Assembly: GCF_000039765.1 (NCBI RefSeq)
Contig: NC_004459.3
Coordinates: 1,110,001 to 1,142,000 of the forward strand
Direction: 5' to 3'
Source of the DNA: Vibrio vulnificus CMCP6
Lineage (GTDB): Bacteria; Pseudomonadota; Gammaproteobacteria; Enterobacterales; Vibrionaceae
Length of the DNA stretch: 32,000 nt
Positions 1 to 8,861 of this stretch are shown here, in pieces. How positions within the stretch are numbered: position 1 is the first letter of the stretch; each line of letters begins with the position of its first letter. The notes under the pieces are model-generated. The model worked only from the letters and a program-made list of their open reading frames with translations. It was not told where the DNA came from and searched no databases. The translations under genes and the position numbers were made by a program.

Positions 1-111
1 ACTGACGTTGAACTGTTTAGCCATCTCTGCATAAGGCGTTTTCGCGTCCGCCATCAGCGTTTTCAATATAGCGCGATCCAAATCATCAATCTTGGCATTG
101 GCTGAATGCAT
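1..111 (-). CDS. asnC: Lrp/AsnC-family transcriptional regulator AsnC, 5' fragment cut by the window edge
   Basis: Manual reverse-strand translation from ATG (111..109): MHSANAKIDDLDRAILKTLMADAKTPYAEMAKQFNVS, which matches the AsnC N-terminal HTH pattern (LDR-IL--L---A-T-YAE-AKQF-VS). Absent from the ORF track because it is truncated. Confidence 0.85.
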   Translation of the reverse strand, partial: MHSANAKIDDLDRAILKTLMADAKTPYAEMAKQFNVS

Positions 112-219
112 TGTCTGTCCCTTTTCTAATCAGCATATGGGTATAATACTAACAAGGGCAGCTTATCTTTCACAATCAAGGTTTTTTGCTCATAGGCGGA
201 ATGAGAGGAAGGTGAGCCA

Positions 220-3200
220 GTGCGATTTTGTTTTTCCATGTTGATAATGCTATGCAGCTTTTGGGCAAGTGCCCATGAGAAAAATATTTTAGTGGTGCAC
301 TCTTACCACCAAGGTTTCTTTTGGACTGACTCCTTCCAGCTTGGCCTCGCACAAACACTCGGTGAGCGCGACATCGCTCTGCGTGTGCTTTATCTCGATA
401 CCAAACGCAACCAAAGCGCCAGCTTTCTCAATCAGCTTTACTTTCTCTACAAAACCAAAGTGGAACAAGAACGCTTTGATGCGATTGTGGTGAGCGATAA
501 TGTCGCACTGCAGTTGATGCAGCGTTTGGCGGAGCCACTGGCGGGCACGCCGGTGATTTTTGGTGGCATTAATAATTACACGCCAGAAATGCACGCGGGT
601 TTGAATGCCACTGGCGTGATTGAAGATATTGATTTGCTGTCGAACGTGTCGCTGATTGAGCGTTTGCAGCCCCAAGCACAGCAAATTTTTGTGGTAACGG
701 ACCATTCGATCACGGGCGTCGCGCTGCGCGCGCAGGTGGACAAGTTTTTGTCCCGCTATCCTGAGTATCAGCAAAAAGTACAACATTTAGTGCCGAATAC
801 GCTGGCCGAGTTGATTGAGCGTGTGCAAACGCTCGATTTAGACAGCGCGGTGCTGTTTTGGGCTTATTACCGCGATGCCGATGGTACGTTGAGTGATGAT
901 GACGATTGGCAGGAACTCAACCGCGTCAGCAGAGCACCGATCTACATGGTGCACGATCTCGGTCTTGGTCATGGCGCGGTCGGCGGTGTGATTCAAAGTG
1001 GTTACAAGCAAGGTTTTGCAACGGGTGAAGTGTTGAACCAAGTGCTGGGCTCACCCGCCTCACCTTTACCGAAAGTGAAGGTGGTGGAGCCTGACATCAA
1101 ACTGGATTATCAAGCCGTGGCGCGCTGGAAGTTAGGGGTGGAAGGCGAGCCAGCCTCGGTGTTGGTCAATAAACCCGAGCCATTTTCAGTGCGTTACGCG
1201 CAAGAGATCCGCCTCTACAGCGCGGTATTTGTGATGTTGGTGCTGGTGATTGTGCTGTTAGTCTATTACTTGCGCCGTATTCAACAGAGCGAAACGTTAG
1301 CGCGTGAAAGTCAATCGATGCTCGAGTCAATTTTCGACCAGAGTTTGCAATACATCGGTATTTTAGACCGAAACGGCTGCTTGGTTTCCAGCAATGCACA
1401 ATTGCAAGATCTGCTGTTTTTCCAAGGGGTGCCGCTAGATCGCCCTTTATGGCAACACCAACATTGGGAAGACGCATCTGCCTCTCGTTTGGCTGACTAT
1501 TTTTCTGCGACGGAAGCGCAACTGAGCACCTTTGAAGCGGAGATTTGGAGTCGCAATCTCGGCGCGATGATGCTTGAAGTGTCTCTCAAACCGCTGCATA
1601 GCGTGGGAGATCAGCGAGGACAATACTTGTTTGAAGCACGAGACATCACCTCACGAAAGTTGATGGAAGAGAAGCTCTACAAACGTGAGTCCAACTTACG
1701 CAATTACTATGAGCAGCAGCCGGTGATGATGGTGACGCTGGATAAAAACAATCGTATTCAGCAGGTAAACCGTTTTGCTCAGCAGCTACTGGGCTATCAA
1801 CCCTTAGAAATGCTCGGCCATCTGCTGCAAGAATTCTATTGTGATGCTCAAGCCATGACGCCAAGGCAAATGCTGCTGCAACCGACACCAGCACTGCAAG
1901 GGGTTTGGCGTCGAGAGATTGAGTATCGTCACCAAGACGGCAGCGCGGTGTGGATACGCGAAAACATTCGTCCATTGACCGAGTCCGGGCAAATTTTGAT
2001 TGTTGGCGAAGACATCTCCCACAACAAGCAGCTGGCTCGTCAGTTGGAATACCAAGCCAAATACGATTTGTTGACCGATACCTTTAATCGGAACCAATTT
2101 GATATTGAACTCAAACGCGCGCTGCGCGAGGTGGAAAGCCATCGCCGTGTGCATGCGATGCTCTATATCGATTTGGATCAGCTTAAAGTGCTCAACGATA
2201 CCGCAGGGCATGATGCGGGGGATGGGGCCATTCAATTTTGCGCCAGCATGTTGGAAGAGGTGTTGCCGCATACCGCGATTTTGGCGCGCTTAGGGGGCGA
2301 TGAATTTGCTGTCTTACTCAAAGACAGCAATGAACACACCGCCATCGGTGTGGCGAAAACCATCATTGCTACATTGAGCAGCCAGCCTTTCATCTGGGAA
2401 AAAGTGCAGATAAACCTAACCTGCTCGATCGGCATTCGTATGATTGACCATACGGCCGAATCGCCGCAAATGGTGCATGCGCAGGCAGATACTGCCTGTC
2501 ATGCGGCCAAAGAGCAGGGGCGTAATCGCTTCAAATTGTTTAGCTTGGACAGCGAAGAGTTACAACGCCGTCAGCAGGAGATGGAGAGTGTTAACCTAGT
2601 CCATGACGCACTTGCTAACGACCGTCTAGAACTCTTTGCTCAACGCATTATTCCACTCAGCAAAGAGTGCGACAAAATGCACTTTGAGATCCTAACGCGC
2701 ATTCGTGACAAACAGGGGGAGTATCTCTCGCCTGCGATCTTTATGCCAGCATCCGAGCGCTACAACATTGCCCACCTGATTGATGAACAAGTGGTGACCA
2801 AAACCCTCGACTGGCTTGAGGCGCGCCCAGATGCGCTGCACCAGCTCGGTCGATGTTCGATAAACCTTTCGGGTCACTCGATGGGCAATCCAGAGTTTAT
2901 GGCGTTTTTGCTCGACCGATTGACCAACAGTGTGATTCCTTGCCATAAACTCTGTCTGGAAATCACCGAAACCGCCGCGATGAAAAACGTCGCCTTAGCG
3001 ATGGACTTCTTTGCTCAAGTGAAAGCACTTGGCTGCTTGATTGCGTTGGATGATTTTGGTTCAGGGCTGTCATCGTTTGGCTATCTCAAGCAATTGCCCG
3101 TCGATGTGGTGAAAATCGACGGCATTTTTGTGCAAGACATGCATCGCAATGAGAGCGATCACATCATGGTGCGAGCCATCAATGAGCTGGCACAGCAAAT

Positions 3201-3366
3201 GGGTAAGCAAACCGTGGCTGAGTTCGTTGAAAACAGTGAAATTATTGCGTTACTGACAGAACTCGGTGTGGATTACGCCCAAGGCTACGTGATTGGTTAT
3301 CCAACGCCATTGGCAGAGCTGGTGGCACAATGGCAGGACGAGTTTACATCGCGAAGTGGGTCTTGA
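220..3366 (+). CDS. Membrane-anchored sensor: signal peptide, ABC-substrate-binding-like periplasmic domain, TM, PAS-PAS, GGDEF, EAL
   Basis: 1048 aa. GTG start then a hydrophobic leader; periplasmic part 'NILVVHSYHQGFFWTDSFQLGL...'; TM 'LYSAVFVMLVLVIVLLVYYL'; PAS-like regions; intact 'LGGDEFAVLL'; EAL-domain motifs 'FEILTRIR', 'INLS', 'LEITET', 'DDFGSG', 'VKIDG', 'VAEFVE', 'YAQGYVIG'. Confidence 0.9.
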   Translation: MRFCFSMLIMLCSFWASAHEKNILVVHSYHQGFFWTDSFQLGLAQTLGERDIALRVLYLDTKRNQSASFLNQLYFLYKTKVEQERFDAIVVSDNVALQLMQRLAEPLAGTPVIFGGINNYTPEMHAGLNATGVIEDIDLLSNVSLIERLQPQAQQIFVVTDHSITGVALRAQVDKFLSRYPEYQQKVQHLVPNTLAELIERVQTLDLDSAVLFWAYYRDADGTLSDDDDWQELNRVSRAPIYMVHDLGLGHGAVGGVIQSGYKQGFATGEVLNQVLGSPASPLPKVKVVEPDIKLDYQAVARWKLGVEGEPASVLVNKPEPFSVRYAQEIRLYSAVFVMLVLVIVLLVYYLRRIQQSETLARESQSMLESIFDQSLQYIGILDRNGCLVSSNAQLQDLLFFQGVPLDRPLWQHQHWEDASASRLADYFSATEAQLSTFEAEIWSRNLGAMMLEVSLKPLHSVGDQRGQYLFEARDITSRKLMEEKLYKRESNLRNYYEQQPVMMVTLDKNNRIQQVNRFAQQLLGYQPLEMLGHLLQEFYCDAQAMTPRQMLLQPTPALQGVWRREIEYRHQDGSAVWIRENIRPLTESGQILIVGEDISHNKQLARQLEYQAKYDLLTDTFNRNQFDIELKRALREVESHRRVHAMLYIDLDQLKVLNDTAGHDAGDGAIQFCASMLEEVLPHTAILARLGGDEFAVLLKDSNEHTAIGVAKTIIATLSSQPFIWEKVQINLTCSIGIRMIDHTAESPQMVHAQADTACHAAKEQGRNRFKLFSLDSEELQRRQQEMESVNLVHDALANDRLELFAQRIIPLSKECDKMHFEILTRIRDKQGEYLSPAIFMPASERYNIAHLIDEQVVTKTLDWLEARPDALHQLGRCSINLSGHSMGNPEFMAFLLDRLTNSVIPCHKLCLEITETAAMKNVALAMDFFAQVKALGCLIALDDFGSGLSSFGYLKQLPVDVVKIDGIFVQDMHRNESDHIMVRAINELAQQMGKQTVAEFVENSEIIALLTELGVDYAQGYVIGYPTPLAELVAQWQDEFTSRSGS

Positions 3367-3475
3367 GAGAATGCATCGCCCAGTTTAGGGCCGATGGAAT
3401 CGCTACAGTTCCAGCCTTGCTTGCGGTAAACTCGCCAGCCAGTTCCTCATCCATGACGATTTTTCGGAGCACCCT

Positions 3476-4255
3476 GTGCAACTACAACTGATTTGTGAAG
3501 ATGCGGCTTTACAGCCTTATCTCGACGCCATTGCCAGCAAATGGCAACTGACCCACGACGCAGACAGCCATTTCGCTCTTGTGCTGACGTTCGAGCGTTT
3601 GGAGTTGCGTAAGCTTGATGAACCTAAGCTGGGGGCAATTTATGTCGATTTGGCAGGCGGTGCGGTTGCGCATCGACGCAAGTTTGGTGGCGGCAAAGGG
3701 CAAGCCATAGCCAAAGCCGCGGGGCTCAACAAAGGGGCGACACCGACGGTTTTGGATGGCACGGCAGGGCTTGGGCGTGATGCGTTTGTCTTGGCCTCGC
3801 TTGGGTGCAAGGTGCAGATGGTGGAGCGCAACCCTGTTGTGGCCGCTTTGCTCGACGATGGCTTAACCAGAGCGAAAAAAGATGATGAAATCGGTGCTTG
3901 GGTGAGTGAGCGTATGTCACTGCTGCACGCGTCAAGCCACGATGCGCTCGCCGCGTTAGCCAGCGATGCCGAATTTGTTCGTCCCGATGTGGTCTATCTG
4001 GACCCAATGTACCCGCATCCTGAGAACAAAAAGAAAACCGCCTTAGTGAAAAAAGAGATGCGCGTGTTTCAATCTTTGGTGGGAGCAGATACCGATGCCG
4101 ACGCGCTGCTCACACCGGCGTTAGCATTGGCGACCAAGCGTGTGGTGGTGAAGCGCCCAGACTATGCAGAGTGGCTCGATGGCGTTAAACCCAGCATGGC
4201 GATTGAGACCAAAAAGAACCGTTTTGACGTCTATGTCAACGCGTCGATGAGTTAA
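3476..4255 (+). CDS. rsmJ: 16S rRNA (guanine(1516)-N(2))-methyltransferase RsmJ
   Basis: 259 aa with SAM-MTase motif '[19 protein letters not shown]', '[28 protein letters not shown]' and '[12 protein letters not shown]', characteristic of RsmJ/YhiQ. Confidence 0.92.
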   Translation: MQLQLICEDAALQPYLDAIASKWQLTHDADSHFALVLTFERLELRKLDEPKLGAIYVDLAGGAVAHRRKFGGGKGQAIAKAAGLNKGATPTVLDGTAGLGRDAFVLASLGCKVQMVERNPVVAALLDDGLTRAKKDDEIGAWVSERMSLLHASSHDALAALASDAEFVRPDVVYLDPMYPHPENKKKTALVKKEMRVFQSLVGADTDADALLTPALALATKRVVVKRPDYAEWLDGVKPSMAIETKKNRFDVYVNASMS

Positions 4256-4414
4256 GCGCTTTTCCCCTCAATCTCTCCTTTTCTTTCCTGTCGCGCAGAA
4301 AGAGTCACATTTCTGCGCTTGCCAATTTGCCGCACTCGCTGTATATCTAACTAAGAATTATTATTATTCAAATTGTCGGTAATGTGCAGGCATGGTTTGT
4401 GTTGGAGTAGTCGC

Positions 4415-4912
4415 ATGACAAAACGCTTTTGTAAGATGGATAGAAGAGAAATCGCCAGTCAATTGGGTGAGATTCATCAGTTGGTTGCAGCGCCCAAATA
4501 CCTGTGCCGATCTTGTGCGCGTGCGTCTTCATCGAAAAGTTCGCTGTGTAAGCCGCAAGCCATTCCGAGCCTAAAATCGAAAGCCAAACCCTTGGCGGTA
4601 AAGGCTGCCACGCTACCCTCGCCAACGTCGATAGCCGAGAATCAACGTCCGCAAACATTACTGACGGCGGAGTCGGTGAGTGCGTTTGACATTAATTTGC
4701 CATCACTGGGTAAAAAACAACTTAAGCAAGCCAAACAGGCGCTGAAAAAACAGCGCAAATACCATAAGAAACTGGCGAAGTTAGCCAAGCAAAAAGTCAA
4801 ACAACTGCAAAAGCGTGAAAAGTTGGAAGGAAAACTCAACAAATACAACGGCATTTTACGAGTGTTAAGCCACAAACAAGTATTGCAAGGCAGTGCCGAT
4901 CAAGTGCACTAA
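4415..4912 (+). CDS. Conserved-looking hypothetical protein: N-terminal Cys motif (YLCRSCAR) and Lys-rich coiled C-terminus
   Basis: ORF track gives 4373..4912. The internal ATG at 4415 (MTKRFCKMDRREIASQLGEIHQLVAAPKYLCRSCARAS) has an upstream GGAG about 8 nt away and a more plausible N-terminus. Followed by a strong hairpin. Confidence 0.65.
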   Translation: MTKRFCKMDRREIASQLGEIHQLVAAPKYLCRSCARASSSKSSLCKPQAIPSLKSKAKPLAVKAATLPSPTSIAENQRPQTLLTAESVSAFDINLPSLGKKQLKQAKQALKKQRKYHKKLAKLAKQKVKQLQKREKLEGKLNKYNGILRVLSHKQVLQGSADQVH

Positions 4913-4935
4913 GCGTGCTTAAGCAAGAATAACGA

Positions 4936-4961
4936 CTCAGCCCACCGAATGGTGGGCTGAG
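4936..4961. terminator. Hairpin between convergent genes, possible bidirectional terminator
   Basis: CTCAGCCCACC-GAAT-GGTGGGCTGAG, perfect 11-bp stem; T-tracts are weak on both sides. Confidence 0.65.
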
Positions 4962-5003
4962 TGCATGTGGGTCATTGAAGCAGGGCGCTAGGCGAGATAA
5001 GGG

Positions 5004-5894
5004 CTAGGCTTGTGACGCTTTGCGAGCAAAGTCGCGTTCCACTTTGGCTTTGACCCAAGTTTCATTCAGCCACAGCGAAAACAGAATGACCCCGCCGCCC
5101 AATGTTAGGCGCAGAAAATCGACATCGCGATTCCAAATCACGATGTTGACGATAAGCCCCGCTGGCACCAAAGCGTTGTTCATTACCGCCAAGGCTCCAG
5201 CATTAACCAACGTTGCCCCTTTGTTCCAGGCAAAATAGCCCAAGCCAGATGCAATCAGGCCTAAGTAAATCAAAATTCCCCATTGCAGTTCGGTGGTGGG
5301 CAGCTTGCTCGGATTGCCCATTAAAGCAAACGCCACTAAGGCCACACACAGTGCACCAAGGTAGAAGTAGCCAAATACCGTGTGTTGTGGCAACTCGAGT
5401 TGCTCTTTCTCCATGATGTATTTGTAGCCCACTTGGCCAATGGCAAAACAGAGGTTTGCTCCTTGCACCACCAAAAAGCCCAGCAAGAAGTTCGGGTTAA
5501 TGGTGGCAAATTTGATAAAGACGGCGCCTAATACGGCGATGATGGCCGTCACCAAATACCAAGGAGAGAAGCGCCCGTGCAGCAAATCGTAGATCAGCGT
5601 GACGTAGATCGGCGTAAAGACGGTGAACAGCAACACTTCAGGAACAGACAGCAGCAGAAACGATTGGTAATAGAAGCAGTACATCAAGCCGAGCTGGAAG
5701 CCGCCGACCACCATTAATTTACCGATCAGACGCTTGCTGACCCCTTTGAATTTGAGGAAAGGAACAAACACGACGCTGGCGAGTGCTACGCGCATCAGCA
5801 CCGAAAACCAAGAATCCACCTGACCGGCGAGGTAAACGCCAATCAAGCTAAATGAAAATGCCCATAACAGGGTGACTGCGGAGAGATAAAACAT
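5004..5894 (-). CDS. EamA/DMT-family transporter (carboxylate/amino acid/amine transporter type)
   Basis: 296 aa, about 10 hydrophobic segments, start 'MFYLSAVTLLWAFSFSLIGVYLAGQVDSWFSVLMRVALASVVFVPFLKFKG', typical of EamA repeats. Confidence 0.85.
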   Translation of the reverse strand: MFYLSAVTLLWAFSFSLIGVYLAGQVDSWFSVLMRVALASVVFVPFLKFKGVSKRLIGKLMVVGGFQLGLMYCFYYQSFLLLSVPEVLLFTVFTPIYVTLIYDLLHGRFSPWYLVTAIIAVLGAVFIKFATINPNFLLGFLVVQGANLCFAIGQVGYKYIMEKEQLELPQHTVFGYFYLGALCVALVAFALMGNPSKLPTTELQWGILIYLGLIASGLGYFAWNKGATLVNAGALAVMNNALVPAGLIVNIVIWNRDVDFLRLTLGGGVILFSLWLNETWVKAKVERDFARKASQA

Positions 5895-5959
5895 AGTGAT
5901 AACGAGTAAATAACAAATGTCCGCAGTCTACCGATTTGCCGAGAAGGGCAAAAGCAAAA

Positions 5960-6385
5960 TCACTCTTTAAGTGGTACAACCAACATATCAACCGGAGAGC
6001 AGTTGATCAGTTGACGAGTAGAAGAGAGCAGTTTACTCCAAAAATCTTGGTGATGGCCGCACACCAGTAAATCCACTTGGTACTCACCAATGGTGTCACA
6101 CAGTTCATTGCTTAAATCGCCGCTGCCGACCAAGGTATGAGTGATCGGGAAGTTGGCATATTCCGCCAGATTCGCCAGTTGTGTGCGCGAGGCTTCCATC
6201 GCCTGATGTTGTGCTTCGGCCATGTTGATGTCGATAAGTCCGGTGTACAGCTCGGCGTAATTCACATCAATATGAATAAAGGATACTTTCGCTTCTAAAG
6301 CTTTTGCTAAAGAAACAGCTTTATCGATCAATAGCTTGCTGTCGTCAGAAAGATCAACCGCGACTAAAATGTGTTGATAACTCAT
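5960..6385 (-). CDS. uspA: Universal stress protein A
   Basis: 141 aa from the internal ATG at 6385: MSYQHILVAVDLSDDSKLLIDKAVSLAKAL...LVCGHHQDFWSKLLSSTRQLINCSPVDMLVVPL. The ORF track extends it to 6490, but the extra 35 aa look like leader sequence. Confidence 0.9.
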   Translation of the reverse strand: MSYQHILVAVDLSDDSKLLIDKAVSLAKALEAKVSFIHIDVNYAELYTGLIDINMAEAQHQAMEASRTQLANLAEYANFPITHTLVGSGDLSNELCDTIGEYQVDLLVCGHHQDFWSKLLSSTRQLINCSPVDMLVVPLKE

Positions 6386-6552
6386 GGTGTGCTCTCCTGT
6401 ATCGTTTTCCCCCTCGGGTATAGTTAAAACATAGCACTTAGGTGAAGAGTTTTTTGCCAAAGGGATCTCAGATCCAATCCCATGTAACAAAGAGTTATCG
6501 AATTTTTCGTGGTATAGTAGCTCAAAACGGATACAAACAATCAGGAGTCCTC

Positions 6553-7080
6553 ATGCTGTCTCAGACTATGGTCGAACAATTGAATGCGCAAATTAATCTG
6601 GAATTTTTCTCATCCAATCTATACTTACAAATGAGTGCTTGGTGTGAAGATAAAGGATTTGATGGCGCAGCACAGTTTTTAAGAGTGCACGCTGTGGAAG
6701 AGATGCAACACATGCAACGCCTGTTCACTTACGTCAGCGAGACGGGTGCATTACCGATTCTGGGCGCGATTGCAGCACCAAAACATGATTTTGCAAGCTT
6801 GGGTGAAGTGTTCCGCGAAACGTATGAACATGAACAAATGATCACTCAGCAGATTAATAAGCTCGCTCATGTTGCGTTTACCAGTCAGGATTATTCAACC
6901 TTTAATTTCCTGCAGTGGTATGTCGCAGAGCAGCACGAAGAAGAAAAATTGTTCAAAGGGATTTTGGACAAAATTGAACTTGTTGGTGAAGATGGCAAAG
7001 CCCTGTTCTTCATCGATAAAGATCTGGCACAAATGGCGAAAGAAGGTTCATCTTCAATCATGGATGCTCCAGCAGCTTAA
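6553..7080 (+). CDS. ftnA: Non-heme ferritin
   Basis: 175 aa from ATG 6553: [61 protein letters not shown]; preceded by AGGAG. The ORF track start at 6442 is probably over-extended. Confidence 0.93.
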   Translation: MLSQTMVEQLNAQINLEFFSSNLYLQMSAWCEDKGFDGAAQFLRVHAVEEMQHMQRLFTYVSETGALPILGAIAAPKHDFASLGEVFRETYEHEQMITQQINKLAHVAFTSQDYSTFNFLQWYVAEQHEEEKLFKGILDKIELVGEDGKALFFIDKDLAQMAKEGSSSIMDAPAA

Positions 7081-7166
7081 CGGAACAGCCAGTTTCCGTT
7101 AGCGGGTTAGAAAGACATTGATTGTCTTTTTCTCTTGAGCATTGATGAAGATGTAGGGAGGAAAAG

Positions 7167-7490
7167 ATGATCAATGGAGATATTATCCTGTTTGCGCTTA
7201 TGGTGGTAACGGGGGTTAACCTCGCTCGTTATCTTACCGCTCTTCGTTCACTGATTTATATCATGCGTGAAGCGCATCCACTGTTATATCAACAAGTGGA
7301 TGGTAACGGATTTTTTACCACTCACGGCAATGTCACCAAACAGGTGCGACTCTACCACTATCTGAAAAGCAAAGAGTACCACCATCATCACGATGAAGTT
7401 TTTACTGGGAAATGCGATCGGGTAAGAGAGTTATTCGTCCTGAGTGTAAGCTTGACCGGTGTGACTTTGTTGGCTGCATTTCTTCTGTAG
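7167..7490 (+). CDS. uspB: Universal stress protein B (small membrane protein)
   Basis: 107 aa, N- and C-terminal TM segments, 'YLTALRSL', '[26 protein letters not shown]' matching the UspB pattern; preceded by AGGGAGG. Confidence 0.92.
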   Translation: MINGDIILFALMVVTGVNLARYLTALRSLIYIMREAHPLLYQQVDGNGFFTTHGNVTKQVRLYHYLKSKEYHHHHDEVFTGKCDRVRELFVLSVSLTGVTLLAAFLL

Positions 7491-7541
7491 CCAGTGCTTG
7501 GAAAATAACCCCCTTTGCCGTTAGAATAGCGGCGAAAAAGT

Positions 7542-7570
7542 AAGGATGTGCCAACTGCACATCCTTTTTT
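7542..7570 (+). terminator. Rho-independent terminator downstream of uspB
   Basis: AAGGATGTGC-CAACT-GCACATCCTT, 10-bp stem followed by TTTTTT. Confidence 0.88.
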
Positions 7571-7592
7571 ATTGTCAGAGAGATTTTCCAGC

Positions 7593-8780
7593 ATGAGTAA
7601 CAAGTTTGATGTGGTGGTGATTGGTGCCGGTGCGGCGGGATTGATGTGTGCTGCCGAGGCAGGCCGTCGTGGCCGCAAAGTGTTGGTGCTTGACCACGCG
7701 AAAAAGCCAGGCCGCAAAATTCTCATCTCCGGTGGTGGTCGTTGTAATTTCACCAACAATGAGGTCTCGGCGAAAAACTACTTGTGCCGGAATCCCCATT
7801 TCGTCAAATCCGCCCTGTCGCAGTACAGCAACTGGGACTTCATTTCGATGATCTACAAGTATGGCATTGAGTTTGAAGAGCGCGACCATGGTCAGTTGTT
7901 CTGCCTCGACTCTGCCAAAGAGATCGTCAACATGCTGCTGAGTGAGTGTGACCAGCCGAACATTGCCCAGCGCTACCAGGTACTACTCACCGAAATCGAG
8001 AAAACCGAGCAAGGTTTTGTGCTGCGTGCTGGCGCAGAGGCATTTGAATGCCAATCTCTGGTGGTGGCGACGGGTGGCTTATCGATGCCAAAACTGGGCG
8101 CGACCCCTTTCGGCTATAAAATCGCTGAGCAGTTTGGTATTCCAGTGGTGCCGACCACCGCAGGCTTAGTGCCATTTACGCTGCATAAGCAAGACAAAGA
8201 AGATTTTGCTGAGCTCTCGGGGATTGCCATTCCGGCGGAGATCACCGCAGAAGATGGTACGTTGTTTAAAGAAGCACTGCTGTTTACCCATCGCGGCTTA
8301 TCTGGCCCTGCGGTGTTGCAAATCTCCTCGTATTGGAAGGCTGGTCAAGCGGTGAGCATTAATCTGGTGCCTGAGGTGGATGTGCTGGAGCTGCTGCAAC
8401 GCAATTTGGAAAAACACCCAAATCAGAGCATGAAAAACACGCTGGCGAAAGTGCTGCCTAAGCGCCTCGTCGAAGTACTGATCGAGCGTAACGAGCTGAC
8501 GGACAAACCTCTTAAGCAATACAATGGAAAAGAGCTGCAAGAGATTGTCGAGTATTTGGAGCATTGGAAAATTGCGCCTAATGGCACTGAGGGCTACCGC
8601 ACGGCGGAAGTCACGTTGGGCGGTGTGGACACCGATTACCTTTCCTCAAAAACCATGGAGTGCAAAACCGTCCCAGGGCTGTACTTTATTGGTGAAGTGA
8701 TGGATGTGACAGGTTGGCTTGGCGGCTACAATTTCCAGTGGTGCTGGTCGAGCGGCTTTGTCGCGGGGCAGTGGGTGTAA
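7593..8780 (+). CDS. NAD(P)/FAD-dependent oxidoreductase, BaiN/YhiN (HI0933) family
   Basis: ORF track start 7548 lies inside the uspB terminator. ATG 7593 gives MSNKFDVVVIGAGAAGLMCAAEAGRRGRKVLVLDHAKKPGRKILISGGGRCNFTN, a classical Rossmann FAD motif plus the GGGRCN family motif. Confidence 0.92.
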   Translation: MSNKFDVVVIGAGAAGLMCAAEAGRRGRKVLVLDHAKKPGRKILISGGGRCNFTNNEVSAKNYLCRNPHFVKSALSQYSNWDFISMIYKYGIEFEERDHGQLFCLDSAKEIVNMLLSECDQPNIAQRYQVLLTEIEKTEQGFVLRAGAEAFECQSLVVATGGLSMPKLGATPFGYKIAEQFGIPVVPTTAGLVPFTLHKQDKEDFAELSGIAIPAEITAEDGTLFKEALLFTHRGLSGPAVLQISSYWKAGQAVSINLVPEVDVLELLQRNLEKHPNQSMKNTLAKVLPKRLVEVLIERNELTDKPLKQYNGKELQEIVEYLEHWKIAPNGTEGYRTAEVTLGGVDTDYLSSKTMECKTVPGLYFIGEVMDVTGWLGGYNFQWCWSSGFVAGQWV

Positions 8781-8806
8781 GCTCAAGGAAACACCAATAA
8801 AAAAAC

Positions 8807-8836
8807 AGAGGGACGGTTCAACCGTCCCTTTGCTTT
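8807..8836. terminator. Bidirectional terminator between the BaiN/YhiN gene and hemY
   Basis: AGGGACGG-TTCAA-CCGTCCCT (8809..8829), T-rich tail on + (TTGCTTTT) and a run of T on - (complement of ATAAAAAAACAG). Confidence 0.88.
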
Positions 8837-8861
8837 TACAGGTTATCTCTTTCACCAAGAA

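Noticed and set aside
289-786. 165-aa minus-strand ORF inside the PAS-GGDEF-EAL gene (also 1804..2271)
   Set aside because: Shadow ORFs of a long confident CDS; no motif or independent RBS/promoter support.
4345-4375. AT-rich segment CTAAGAATTATTATTATTCAAATT as a possible Fur box
   Set aside because: Only loose similarity to the GATAATGATAATCATTATC consensus and no iron-related downstream gene; indistinguishable from ordinary AT-rich promoter DNA.
7548-7592. N-terminal extension of the BaiN/YhiN ORF
   Set aside because: The putative start lies inside the uspB terminator hairpin; the start at 7593 gives the canonical flavoprotein N-terminus.
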